Below are positions 50,023 to 62,564 of a stretch of 64,000 nucleotides of DNA, piece by piece. This stretch comes from Hormiphora californensis (lineage: Eukaryota > Animalia > Ctenophora). Each line of letters opens with the position of its first letter. Position 1 is the stretch's first letter. Under the pieces are notes generated by a model that saw only the letters and a list, made by a program, of their open reading frames with translations, searched no databases and was not told the origin of the DNA. The stretch covers positions 6,696,001-6,760,000 of the forward strand of contig CM035352.1 of the NCBI GenBank assembly GCA_020137815.1, written 5' to 3'. A program made the translations under genes and the position numbers.

Positions 50023-51160
50023 TCTCTCTCTCTCTACCTTGCGTAATTGTCCCCTAGACTGAAGAATCCGTCAGGCCGGTCTGCTAGGACTTGTTCCGTG
50101 GGGGAATAACAATTCAACTCTGGTGTATCCTGGAGTACTTGCAGTAACTCGTTACCTGCAGGCAAAAACCATGTGGAGGGGGTGGCAATGTAGACCAGAT
50201 TAGGGGGGAGTTTCAGACTGGATAGTGGATATTTAGTAAGGAGATTCACTATAGACTAGTCAGGTACCTCGTTCCTTATATATTTGTTTCAGTAGGTACA
50301 ACTTAGGAGCCTTCCACATATCATGATCGTCCCTGAGAATTGCCTGAAGAGCGTTCCTTTTCCTCATCATGTTGTCTGTCAGACTACCCTCAGACTCTAC
50401 TATCTCTCTAGCAGCCTTGTTCAGCCTGCCGGGAAACCCAATTTTATATTTCTATGCAAGTAAACTCTTGCCGGGACCACCAGGGTAAAATATATTGTGA
50501 GTTTATATTCCGCCCTTATCCTCCAGGGGCAGCAGATCAAGAGATAGCTACTGCCACTGAAAGACAATCGGAGCGGGATACAAAGTTAGGAAGAAAGTTA
50601 GGGTAAAATATATTGTGAGTTTATATAAATAATAAATATGATCCACCATGGTAGATTTGTCGCTACGTAATCTACCTTTTTCTCATGGTAGAAAGACACC
50701 GAACAAGTGTGATGGCATTATGAATTTCCCCTCGGTAGACGGCAAAACAATCTCCTGGCATCTGGGGGAGAAGCTAAACTGATAAAAAGCCCTAAATATG
50801 ACAGTGGTGAGATAATTTACTGCCCATTTGTCTGTCTTACATCATTAGGATGGACCGGGCTCCCCTTGCTATTAATCGGCAGCTATGGAGACTGAATTGT
50901 TTAAATATCTTACATCATTCTGTGTCGAGTGTTGATAGTCCAATAGTAATCGAGATAGAGCACTTCTGTCCATTCTCCCATTAGCATCCCTGCACACCAT
51001 ACTGAGACACCGCTCCAGATTGTCCCGGTACTCGTCACCCCTACACAGGGAAACAGTTATAGGGGGGGGGTGTGTTCGGTACCTCCCGTCGTTCTACCCC
51101 TTTCTGCAGACGGCCATAATTGACCTTACTCCTTCCGTATAATAAGGTCAACGTCGGTAT

Positions 51161-51403
51161 TATTCCCCTAGTGGGGTGAGGTTGCCCTCGACCACCAGGG
51201 AAAATGAACACACAAAAAGTCGTATCTCGCACCGTTTAGCCGTTATTTGCATATTCATGATACCTGTTTACAAAAATCCTGAGAAACTAGACCAAAAAAC
51301 AAAAGAAATTTGTTTGGAACACCCGTGGTCTTTTGTCGATACTTGACGCTGCGGGAAATGCACCCTTAATCTGAGCAAGACGTGTGGAAGAGTGGGAGAG
51401 AGT

Positions 51404-51443
<40 letters not shown>

Positions 51444-51641
51444 TGTGTGTGAGTGTGTTAGAACTTGGAGAGATAGAGTTGGCGCAACGATACCTAGTAG
51501 CTCAGATTATGAGTGCATTTCCCGCAGCGTCAAGTATCGACAAAAGGCCACGGGTGTTCCAAACAAATTTCTTTTGTTTTTTGGTCTAGTTATTCCCCTA
51601 GTGGGGTGAGGTTGCCCTCGACCACCAGGGAAAATGAACAC
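51161..51641. repeat. 51-bp direct repeats flanking an inverted repeat
   Basis: tattcccctagtggggtgaggttgccctcgaccaccagggaaaatgaacac at 51161 and 51591; 51286-51378 inverted at ~51497-51590. Confidence 0.7.
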
Positions 51642-52232
51642 CAACATGTCAAAATATTGTTGAAACAATCAGCTCGAATAGAATGTTAACATACTGTGTA
51701 GTCCTGTTAAGCCGCATCAGCAGTGCTCGAATAACACACTGTTGGAAGACCAGCTTATCCTCTCCTGGTAATGACTCAAAGACAACCATCTTCAGAAGAT
51801 CACCTGTTGGATTGTTATGTTCTAATCCTCCTTTACATTTTTAAACACAGTCTAACTTTACTTGGCAACTGTCGGAGATTTGTCTATATCTATCTCTATC
51901 TCTATCTCTATAGAGATAGCAATGAAAACGGGATCACGGTTATAGGTTGGGTTGTAGCCCTATATTGTTCGGGGTTATTAATAAAGAGCATGTTTGACTG
52001 ATTTCTATGGTATCCAGTGTGGTTGGTATGGTAACCAATACATTTGGTATCATTTGGTATTGGTGCTAAAAACATCCTTCGGGCATTCTCCAAGGCAGGG
52101 GAAAAATGTGTTAAATCATCATTATGTGTGTGTGAGAGAGAGAAATAAAGTAGAGAGAAAAAAGGAAAGAAGATTATGTCATAAGAAAAATTAATTTCCA
52201 AAACTTTTTTTGAAAAAATGTCAGTAGGCCAG

Positions 52233-52305
52233 ATTTAAACCCAGGGCTCGAACCCGCGACCTCGAGATTAAGAGTATGGCGCTCTACCAACTGAGCTAAC
52301 CGAGC
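52233..52305 (-). tRNA. tRNA-Lys(CTT)-derived pseudogene or SINE head
   Basis: GCTCGGTTAGCTCAGTTGGTAGAGCGCCATACTCTTAATCTCGAGGTCGCGGGTTCGAGCCC: intact A and B boxes and CTT anticodon, but acceptor and anticodon stems do not pair; T-run ~20 nt downstream. Confidence 0.7.
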
Positions 52306-52391
52306 ACTGTTAAATTGGCAATTCAGGGGATGCTATTTGGAGCGCGCGGACCAGCCGTGCGGGATCAAGATCTACCAGCCGCTGGCTGGTA

Positions 52392-52612
52392 AAGTCGGAT
52401 TTTTTGAAACTGTCACCCCCCTGAAATAACAAATTTGTCATATCTCCGGTTCCTGATAAGATAGAGACTTGAAATTTGGAGGTTCGGAAGAACTTAGCAA
52501 GATCTTTATAACCTCCAAATTTCAAGTCTCTATCTCATCAGGAACCGGACTTATGGTCATTTAAAGAAATTTGAAGACTCAGGGGGGGTGACAGTTTCAA
52601 AAAATCCGACTT
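52392..52612. mobile_element. MITE family A, copy 3 (TA TSD)
   Basis: TA|aagtcggattttttgaaactgtcacccccctga ... ccgactt|TA. Confidence 0.8.
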
Positions 52613-55105
52613 TATCCTAGTATCAAATTTGTGATCGAGATCACAAAAGTTGCCTCCGGATCATGATCTGAGCGCGCGGAAAACGGCTTGTCAAGCGATA
52701 CACTGACAATGTGCACTTTGCACAGTACCAAATCATGGCGCCCGACAAGTTTTAAAATTATGTCAACACAATCACCCTGGATCATAAATATGACCCATAT
52801 TTGGGCATGGCAAGTTTCAAATTATTCTCAAATCATTTCTCCGAGTTCCGACCAAATTTTGGCTGGTATCCCGGATCACAGGATGATGGAAGTTTCCTAC
52901 TGGGAAGGAATGATGTTTGTGTTTTCAGGTGCTTACAAGGCCAGAAATTACTATTATGGCGATCCAGTCTAATAAATCATGACAGTGGCCGATTCCCACT
53001 CAATGTATTAAGTTGGATTGTCGAATGCCACACCATGGATTGACTTGTTACCTTGGCAACCAGAGAATTGGTTGTAAAATGCGCCTTTTTTTCTATTTTT
53101 TGGTCTATTTACTCAGTTTTAGCCATCTATATTGATTGAATAGGATAATTATGAAAGCAGGTTGTCTATGGTTACCATAGAAACGAGTATAATGGCGCCA
53201 TAAGGCCAATTTGTATTAACCAATTTGCCCCATGGGGCAATTTGGTCTAGTCCAAATTGCCCCATGGGGTAATCTGGATTATGACCGAATTGCCCCCGAT
53301 TTTTTCGTCCGAATTGCCCCAAATTGTCCGAATTGCCACGCTTCATTAAAATGCCAATTAGCTAATTAAATCGAAAGCTAATGTCATTTTGATGATGAAA
53401 CTGGATAGAAAAGTATCATATTGTGAAATTCTGACCCTTAATTTAAATAATTATCATAATTAAGTTTACCAAAATAAAGTTTAACTTTAAAGTCGTCATT
53501 TTTCGTTATTTCACACTAAACACCACAATTTAAAAGTCCCATATAAATCACTAGTCCACATTGCCCCGTCCTGTGACCACATTGCCCCACCGTCCAAATT
53601 ACCCCGGTCTACCCTATGTAATCATTAAAACAGTATGTTACGTAAAACTATTTATTGAGGATATGTATTGTTTTGGGGAAATGAGCCATTCGAATTATAT
53701 TATTCTGTGGTGGCAATGCCCCATCCTAAAATGCTACCGTGTTTTTCTTCTTCATACCTTCGCCGATTTCCTCTGCCTGTCCACTAATATCCTCATCAAT
53801 ATCATCAAGGAATATACCATCGGTCTCTTTTTCACTATCGGCCTCTTTTTCATTATAACTTACCGTAATGACAAAGAGGCCGATAGTGAAAAATAATATA
53901 TAATAGAAGGATAATTCTGCGTCTGAAAACGGTTTAAACGTTAGCAAAAACCTCATCATATATGTCAGCATATAAATGATAATATCAGCTAAGTACGTTT
54001 ACCAAAAGTGCATTGCATATAATTGGTAATTACGGCCTCTCTTGCACCTCCGGGAGATCTTCCGGGGACGTCCTCCAGAGATGCCCCAGCTGGGTGATTA
54101 TAAGAGATGAACCGCCCGAGACGACGTACTGCCAGAAATGTTTCTCGGTGACAGTTCTGCCACTCTTTGGGAGTACATGACGTCCCAGATAGTACATCTG
54201 TTATGATCACTTAGCTGGGACATCTCTGGGCCGGGGGACGTCAGCGGAAGGTGCAACGCCGTAATGATTTCTTTCCCTCTCCAATAGATTTATTTGTATC
54301 ATATTTGGAACAACATGGCTGACTGATATAAGAGCTCAGGAAACATGCTTACCATGGAATTGATCACCTTCATCATCAACAAAGTCATCATTCAGTGAGT
54401 CCGGATCACGCTTCTTTTCTTCCTCTAGTTCTTCCGTCGCTGCATCAGGCTCCATATCATCGGTCACTGGTTCTTTGTTGCTCACCAAATCATAAACATT
54501 AACCGGTAGTACAACAGCACAGTACACATCAGTAACAGAACCCGTAATAGATAACCGTAACAGCATCAGTAAAAGAAGACCAGTAATAAACCAGTAACAG
54601 CAGCATAAAAGAACCAGTAACAGAACCAGTAACAGAATCAGTAAAGAACCAGTAATAGAACCAGTAACAGAACCAGTAGCAGCTAAGCAAGCATAGTAAC
54701 CGAACTCAGTCGGTAATCCATTTCAGTTTCTCCTGAAATGTGATAACAATTTTTCGGTGGTAGGTTTTTAGTTCCTAAAAAGTCAATTTTTTTCAAGTGT
54801 TCACCCACCCCCCCCCCTTTTCGTGCAAGTCTGGGAAAAAGTTGGAAAAAGGACTTGATCAAATATCAGTTACCGGCTGCCTCAGTTAGTTCATCGCCAG
54901 GTATTTCATCGCCAGGTATTTCATCGCCAGGTGCGTCAGTATCGGTATAACTTCAATGTTCAGAAAGATGGGCTGCACCCTCCTCGCATTCCATGTTCAC
55001 ATCATCACCTTGTTCTGGGCGATATGGGGGGGAACTCCGTGGAGATGATCATAGCTAGGTTGTACTGGGCGATCTGGCTGGGGAACTCCGTGGAGATGAT
55101 GATAA

Positions 55106-55834
55106 CTAGGTTGAACTGGGCGATCTGGCTGGGAACTCCGTGGAGATGATCATAACTAGGTTGTACTGGGCGATCTGGCTGGGGAACTCCGTGGAGATTA
55201 TCATAGCTAGGTTGTACTGGGCGATTGGCTGGGGAACTCCGTGGAGATGATCATAGCTAGGTTGTATTGCGTGAGCACCGGCTAGCTGAGGTGTAGGAAA
55301 CTGTACTGGGTGTTGTGTTGTTACCGGTATTTCCGGAATCACATTGTTAGTTGGTATAACAGGAGAGAAACTACTGCCTCGTTCTATTGGCTGGAAGGGG
55401 CTATTCCTCCCAGTTACATCAGTACCCATCCAACTTGGATTACTCAGCACGGATGACCTTCCACTTTGTGAAAAAGGGTCCTCTATGAATTTTATAAAAA
55501 TCCTTTGTTCAACATCCGCTTCCCACACATCACTCATGTCATCTCCGTCATCTAAGTCTGTTAGGTTGATGGATTGATGGATTGTGCTTTCTGGTTGGTA
55601 GCTGAGTGAGAACTCCCGTTCATCATCTATTTTGTACTTTTGCCGAATTTTCTCTTTCAGCTGCTCAAGAAGCTGCTCAAAGTCATCATTTACCAACTCT
55701 ATTGCCTGGATCTTCTTGCGTTGTAGGACTGGGTGTGACCCCGAGAGACTGCAAACTCTCAGTGAGAATGCCCATCTCTGTGTAGCCTGGGTAGGACTGT
55801 AAAAAACCCCAGTGTGACTAGGTCGTGTGGTCAC
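55106..55834 (-). CDS. Unknown ORF or exon with a PB1-like acidic segment followed by 48-bp coding repeats
   Basis: 242-codon ORF; 'DFEQLLEQLKEKIRQKYKIDDEREFSLSYQ...DLDDGDDM'; tandem 48-bp units at ~55030-55265. Confidence 0.35.
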   Translation of the reverse strand: MTTRPSHTGVFYSPTQATQRWAFSLRVCSLSGSHPVLQRKKIQAIELVNDDFEQLLEQLKEKIRQKYKIDDEREFSLSYQPESTIHQSINLTDLDDGDDMSDVWEADVEQRIFIKFIEDPFSQSGRSSVLSNPSWMGTDVTGRNSPFQPIERGSSFSPVIPTNNVIPEIPVTTQHPVQFPTPQLAGAHAIQPSYDHLHGVPQPIAQYNLAMIISTEFPSQIAQYNLVMIISTEFPARSPSST

Positions 55835-55865
55835 TGCTACACTCCTACCGGACTATCCATAGTCC

Positions 55866-56089
55866 GTACTCCAAAAGCTCCCGTTCCTTAGGATTTGTAT
55901 TTGTATGCTTGCTAGAGGCTCTAAACCATAACACGGATATTGAGGGGCGTGAATCCCTTGCCTGCACGCAAACCAATTGTAAATAGTAAACTCACATAAA
56001 TAACAGATTGCCCGAATAATCTCTCTCACTTTACACCACTCCTCTCACTCTCCCCTCACTCTCCTCTCACTCTCATCTGACTCTCCATA

Positions 56090-56165
<76 letters not shown>

Positions 56166-59116
56166 CTCTCTCACGGCCCTATTCTACTATAATACCCAAA
56201 GCCTGCCTACTATCCCAACAAACCCAAGCCCAATCAACAAGCACACTGAGACGGCCCGCTCAGGTAGCGGTCTACTGACTGAGAGACCAATGCACAGTAG
56301 CGCCTGTCGGGGAAGACCTCCGACAAATATGGACCATGTAAGCCCGTCCGATGACCATGGCTGATAGCCAAGCAACTCTCCGACTTGAGCAAGCCCCAAG
56401 CGAAGTGAAGATTTCTTCTTCTGCTCCCGAGTTTTGTTCCCATCGAAGGAGGGGAATTACCTCCGATCACGTGCCAAATCTGGCAACCCCAATTGGTAAA
56501 TTACCGCGTGTGAAGGAGGGGAATTAGGAGCCCTATCCGAAGGATGGGAATTAGGAATAAGGTCACGTGACCTACATCTCCCTCATCCCTGGAATCTGTA
56601 CGTGCCCAAATTTCATGGGTGCCACAACAATGCATTAAGATTCTAACTTTTATCCCAAGTGCACCTAATGGAATTTTCTATTAAATATAGCCCCTTTTAG
56701 TGAGAAATCTCATCAACCAGTGCTTTGTGTGGTTCTATAATGGTTTGCAGATGAGTTTCTCCTCTCTCTCCAACTCTCCCACGTCTCCCTCTCCGAGCAC
56801 TTTACAAACTAAATAAATAAAATATCGACCTCCATTACCACACACAAACAACTCCGACCCATTTGTACCTAAATAATATAAAATAATAAAATATATTTGC
56901 CCAAACAAACTGACAAACCTAAAACCCGTAACAGTAGATCTGCCGCTCTACATACCCACCCCCCCCCTAAACAAACAAAGTGTCCCTCAGCCCAGTGTCC
57001 TTGGCGGTATTTAAACCCGGCAGCGGCGTCTTACTCGGTCCAGTAGGGATGGTAGGATGTAGGAAGGTCGTAGAAGGACTGATAGGTGCCTTGATGACAG
57101 ACTGAGAACCACTCGCAAACCCGTTGCCCCCTGTCCGATGGTAGAAGGACCTGCAACCGTCTGGAACTCCCACCTCCATCCGCGTGTCTTCAACTTGTAT
57201 CTATCCCTATCCCCCAATGTAATCTTTGCCCGGCTCGTCGAGCCCTTTCCCTCAAATTGCGAACTTTGCTTGCCTGGTCCTCGTTCCTGACGCTTGTTTA
57301 ACAAAAGCGTGTTACTTGTCCTCTGGTTAACCTCCTCCTAGAATACTCCGCCCAAGCCTCGGAGTCTGGTTGCTGCAGCTCCTCGTAGTACGTAGCCATC
57401 TTCCTCCATTAGCGTCCTCATTTTGTAAAATTCCTCTCTAGATCTTTTGGACACTGAACCATGAGCTCCCCGTTTCTGAAACATTTCTGAACCTCGCGGA
57501 GTCTTGTAACTGGAGTCCCGCCCACATACAATGTGTCTCCTCATCTGAGCAACCGTTGTCATTGTGTAGCCCAAATCTGCTTACTGCAAAAACCCACATA
57601 GATCATTGCCCGAAACTTTCCTTATCCGGTACGCTGTCATAGTATATCTATGCAGCGTACAGGTACACGGATAAGGAAAGTTTAGGGCAATGATCTATGT
57701 GGGTTTTGCAGTAAGCAGATTTGGGCAACAATGACAACGTTTGCTAGATGAGGAGAAACATCTGTATGTGGGCGGGACTCCAGTGTACAAGAACTCCGCG
57801 AGGTTCAGAAATGTCAGAAAGAGGGAGATCATGGTTCAGTGTCCAAAGATCTGAGAGGAATTTTACAAAATGAGGAGCTAATGGAAGGAGATGGCTAAGT
57901 ACTAAGAGGAGCTGCAGCAACCAGACTCCGAGGCTTGGGCGGGAGTATTCTAGGAGGAGGTTAACCAGAGACAAGTACACGCTTTTGTTAAACAAGCGTC
58001 AGGAACGAGGAACCAGCAAGCAAAGTTCGCAATTTGAGGAAAGGGGCTCGACGAGCCGGGCAAAGATTACATTGGGGATAGGGAATATACAAGTTGAAGA
58101 CACGCGGATGGAGGTGGGAGTTCCGACGGTTGCAGGTCCTTTCTACCATTAGGAACGGGGCAAAGGGTTGAGCAGTGTTCTCAGTATGTTCATCAAGGCC
58201 CACCTATCAGTCTTCTACGACATCTCCTACATCCTACCATCCCTAACCGGACCGAGTAAGACGCGCTGCGGGTTTAAATACGCGAAGGAAACTGCAGCTG
58301 AGGGGACACTCTTAGTTTGTTTAGGGGAGGGGGTGGGTTAGTAGAGCGGGCAGATCTACATGTAGGGGTTGAGTTTGTCAGTTTGTTTGGGGCAAATATA
58401 TTTTTATATTTTATATATTTAGGTAACAAATGGGTCGGAGTGTTTGTGTGTGGTAATGGAGGCGATATTTTATTGATTTATTTGTAAAGTGCTCGGAGAG
58501 GGAGTACGTGGCGAGAGTTGAGAGAGAGAGAAAACTCCACTCTGCCAAACATTATAGAAACCACACAAAGCACCTGGTTGATGAGATTTTCTCATAAAAC
58601 GGGCTATATTTAATAGAAAATCCTTAGGTGCACTTGGGATAAAGTTTAGAATCATTAATGGCATTGTGTGGGCGCAACCATGAAAAATTCGGGCACGTTA
58701 ACAAGATTCAGGGATGAGGGAGATGTAGGTCCAGTGACATTATTCCTAATTACCTTCATTCGGATAGGGCTCCTAATTCCCTCCTTCACCACGCGTTAAT
58801 TTACCAATTGGGGTTGCCAGATTTGGCACGTGATCGGAGGTAAGTCCCCTCCTTCGATGGGAACAAAAACTCGGAGCAGAAGAAGAATCTTCACTTTCTG
58901 CTTGGGGCTTGCTCAAGTCGGAGAGTTGCTTGGCTATCAGGCAGGTCATCGGACGGCCTTAACATGGTCTCAATATGTGCGGAGGGTCTTCCCCGACAGG
59001 CGCTACTGTGCATGGTCTCGCAGCAGAGAACCGTACCGGCGGGCCGTCTCAGTGTGCTTGATGGGCTGGGTTTGTTGGATAGTCAGGCAGCTTGGGTATT
59101 ATAGTAGAATAGCGCC

Positions 59117-59153
<37 letters not shown>

Positions 59154-59417
59154 ATGAGAGAGGAGAGAAAGAGGAGATGGAGAGGAGAAGAGAGAGAGAG
59201 GGTAGATATGGAGGAGTAAGAGAGATGAGAGGAGAGGAGGGTGAGAGTGAGATGAGTGGTCGTAAATGAGAGAGATTATGGGCAATCTGTTATTTATTGA
59301 GTTACTATTTACATTGGTTGCGTGCAGGCAAGGGATTCACGCCTCATATCATGGTTATGGTTAGAGCCTTAGCCAAGCATACAAATACAAACCTAAGGAT
59401 AGGAGCTTTTGGAGTTC
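55866..59417. repeat. ~3.5 kb palindrome (1.75 kb arms, centre ~57645)
   Basis: Right arm is the reverse complement of the left arm with frequent small indels; almost no spacer. Confidence 0.85.
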
Positions 59418-59445
59418 CCATAATTCTGGGACACCCTTTACGTAC

Positions 59446-60815
59446 CCGTTGACATGGGGTGCACTCGGTACTCGCTGTACCCGCTGTAACGTGACCATCT
59501 GGACATGGACTGCATGAAGTAGCTCCCTTGGTGTCGGCATACTCCCCAGCCGGACACGCTATGCACTCTGTTGATTTTGTTCCAGGTTGCTTGTACCCCT
59601 CATCGCACAATGTACATTGGACGCTACCGACGGTTCCGGTTAACTCACTGTAACTGCCTGGTGCACACGATGTGCAGACTGTTACACTGCTGTTCCTGTA
59701 TTCCCCTGGATCGCACTGGTCACAACCCGTTTTATCTGTGTTAGATTCCTCGCCCTAGGGGGGGAAAGGGACTTCTAAGATGATGTTTTGAAGATTTATA
59801 GAGGCAAACATTATTAGTAACTATACTACTCCTAACATGCTAACATGCTAACATGATGACATGCTAACATGATAACATGATAACATGATAACATGCTAAC
59901 ATGATAACATGATAACATGATAACATGCAGATGTTGGTAAGATTACCGAATATCATCATGATACAGTATACGTACATCTAGGCATGTTTTACAGTTGATG
60001 TTATCTTCCGTATACTCCAATGGACCAGCACAAAACTGACATGATGTAGCCCCCGCATTTGCAGATATTTTGCCTGCTTCACAAGCCTCGCATGCTGTTC
60101 TACCAGCGTTCATGTATGTACCCTGGAACAATACAATAATAAGTGGAATGAATTATTTTCCCTTAGTAGGAGCACTTACAGTGCTGCTTGTAGTCAAATT
60201 ACCGTAAAGAAAATACAGTAAGGAGACGCGCACGGTGCATAACGCGCGGCAAAAAGTTCATGTGTCAGCACGTACTAGCGCCCTGATTGGTCACGGTTGC
60301 GCGTCGTCTTACTGTATCTTCGTTTTCCATTACCGTTTTCCCACTACAAGCGACCGTGTTAGACCAGCTTTCCCGCCAAAAGTCGCGTGCCACCCCTTTT
60401 GCGCATTGTCATAGCTCCTTCATTTTAACTCCAATCAAAAAATGACCTTCAAGTTTTCGAAAGATCTTGTCGAGATCTACAAAAAACTTGAGGGTCATAT
60501 TTTGATTCGATGCAAAGCAAAGGAGTGACAGTAGCCTAAATTTCGTGTGGCGCGCGACTTTTGCACGTGCATGCTCTAAGGACTAAGTCTAAGCGCTCCT
60601 ACTACCTGATCGTGGAACCTGCCGATTTCAATGATGAATTAAATTGATGGTCAGATGTCAGTTGATATAAAAGCACCTACCGCTTGGCATTGAACGCAGC
60701 CTGATTTATTAGAATTAGGAACGTCGCCATCGACGCACTGCTTACAAAAGTTGGGTGAGTTGTTGACATTGTATGTTCCGTCAGGACAATCGACGCATTT
60801 GACGGTCGTGCACCC
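59446..60815 (-). CDS. Exons with ephrin-receptor-like (GCC2_GCC3) cysteine-rich repeats
   Basis: CIACPAGEYADTKGATSCSPCPDG, CEACEAGKISANAGATSCQFC, CVDCPDGTYN...CKQCVDG; exons ~59446-59755, 59974-60123, 60679-60815. Confidence 0.8.
60165..60603. mobile_element. MITE
   Basis: TIR agtaggagcactta / taagcgctcctact; internal palindrome ~60378-60563. Confidence 0.55.
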
Positions 60816-60819
60816 CGCT

Positions 60820-61270
60820 GTGGGATGGAGTCAGGGGGTTAGGAGTGGTGTAGAGGTCTGGGATGGGGTCAGGGGGTTAGGAGTGGTTTAGAGGTCTGGG
60901 ATGGGGTCAGGGGGTTAGGAGTGGTGCAGAGGTCTGGGATGGGGTCAGGGAGTTAGGAGTGGTGTAGAGGTCTGGGATGGAGTCAGGGGTTTAGCAGTGG
61001 TGTAGAGGTCTGGGATGGAGTCAGGGGGTTAGGAGTGGTGCAGTAGAGGTCTGGGATGGAGTCAGGGGTTTAGGAGTGGTGTAGAGGTCTGGGATGAGGT
61101 CAGGGGGTTTGGAGTGGTGTAGAGGTCTGGGATGGGGACAGGGGGTTTGGAGTGGTGTAGAGGTCTGGGATGGGGTCAGGGGGTTAGGAGTGGTGTAGAG
61201 GTCTGGGATGGAGTCAGGGGTTTAGGAGTGGTGTAGAGGTCTGGGATGGGGTCAGGGGGTTAGGAGTGGT
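60820..61270 (+). repeat. 39-bp G-rich minisatellite
   Basis: ggtctgggatggggtcagggggttaggagtggtgtaga units, about 11 copies, interrupted by the LTR element. Confidence 0.9.
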
Positions 61271-61421
61271 TGTTGTAACCAGGCAACCTCGTGATTTAAC
61301 CTCAAGTATTATATGTCTCTGTTACTGATAACAATTCACTTCGCATTCTCGTTATCGCAATACGCTTGTCTTCAACTTTGTCAAACCATAACAATTGGAG
61401 CCTGAGTACTAAAAACCCAAT

Positions 61422-62564
61422 ATGTCCGAGGACTATAAGTCCAAGTTAGAGGCATTTATTTCTAACCATCCTGCATTAAAGGATGAGATCGAAGCACTTG
61501 TTCAACCTCCTAATCCTAATCTTGAACAAGACTCGGTTAATGCGATTGCCTCCGCATTGAATTCGTTTTCGTTTGCTAACCAACTGCCCTCATTTAACAA
61601 AGGCGACAGTTTTCCAACTCATTGTAACCGATTTTCTGAACATGTGGAAATTTCTCAAACTCCACCCACTCAGCAGTTTGCTTTGTTTCTAACTTCTATC
61701 AAGTGTGATCAAACCTACGCCTTGGTACGACATGCTAACATTCTAGAAGACGTGAAGTTGGATCACGTTCAATTCCTAAAACGTCTAAAAGACATCATTT
61801 ACGGAGAGCAACGTTTCTCACTCCGTAACAGTCTACTAGACTGTACTCAGAAGTCATCAGAAACTGTTTCTGAGTATGTTTTCAGGCTAAGACAGAAAGC
61901 AGAATTAGCCTATCCTACAGACCAGGGGTTGGCCAATGACAGCTGCCTGATGGTATTCCTAAGGGGTCTCAACGATCCTGAAATTCGGCGAAAGCTGAAT
62001 GAGAACTCTTCTATAACAGTTTTCACAGATGCTGTGCGTGAAGCCCGCAACTTGGAAAGGGTGGCTAAACAGTTCAACCCTAATTCTACTGCTACAAGCT
62101 CTGACGCAGAGGCAACTGGTAGTATCCTAAAATCAGAGGTAAGGTTTTCAAAATCATCTCATTCTAAACTTTCTAAAAGAAAGGTTACACCTTTCAACTC
62201 TGACAATTCTGATTCCGATCAAGATAGTCATTTTAGCTACAAGGGTAGACACTCATCTAGGTTACCTCGTAGAAGTTATTCACAACGTTCCTACCATCGT
62301 CACAACAGGAGAATTCCCTCCCGATCTCCAGGACGTTATAGATCATCCTACTCATCCCGTTCTAACCGTTATAGGGATCATTCTAGGGACAGATCTCACT
62401 CTAGAGATCGTTATTCTAATTCTAGCCGTGGTTCTCGTTCTAGAGATCGCAGTTCTTCTCGTGATCGTATTGAGTGCTACAACTGTAAGGGTAACCATTA
62501 CAGAAGTAACTGTCCTAACACCTCTTCCAGGAAACGTAATAGTGATTACCAACATTTTTATTAG
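61422..62564 (+). CDS. gag: Gag with RS-rich region and CCHC zinc knuckle
   Basis: Q..SETVSEYVFRLRQKA, FLRGL, CYNCKGNHYRSNC. Confidence 0.9.
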   Translation: MSEDYKSKLEAFISNHPALKDEIEALVQPPNPNLEQDSVNAIASALNSFSFANQLPSFNKGDSFPTHCNRFSEHVEISQTPPTQQFALFLTSIKCDQTYALVRHANILEDVKLDHVQFLKRLKDIIYGEQRFSLRNSLLDCTQKSSETVSEYVFRLRQKAELAYPTDQGLANDSCLMVFLRGLNDPEIRRKLNENSSITVFTDAVREARNLERVAKQFNPNSTATSSDAEATGSILKSEVRFSKSSHSKLSKRKVTPFNSDNSDSDQDSHFSYKGRHSSRLPRRSYSQRSYHRHNRRIPSRSPGRYRSSYSSRSNRYRDHSRDRSHSRDRYSNSSRGSRSRDRSSSRDRIECYNCKGNHYRSNCPNTSSRKRNSDYQHFY

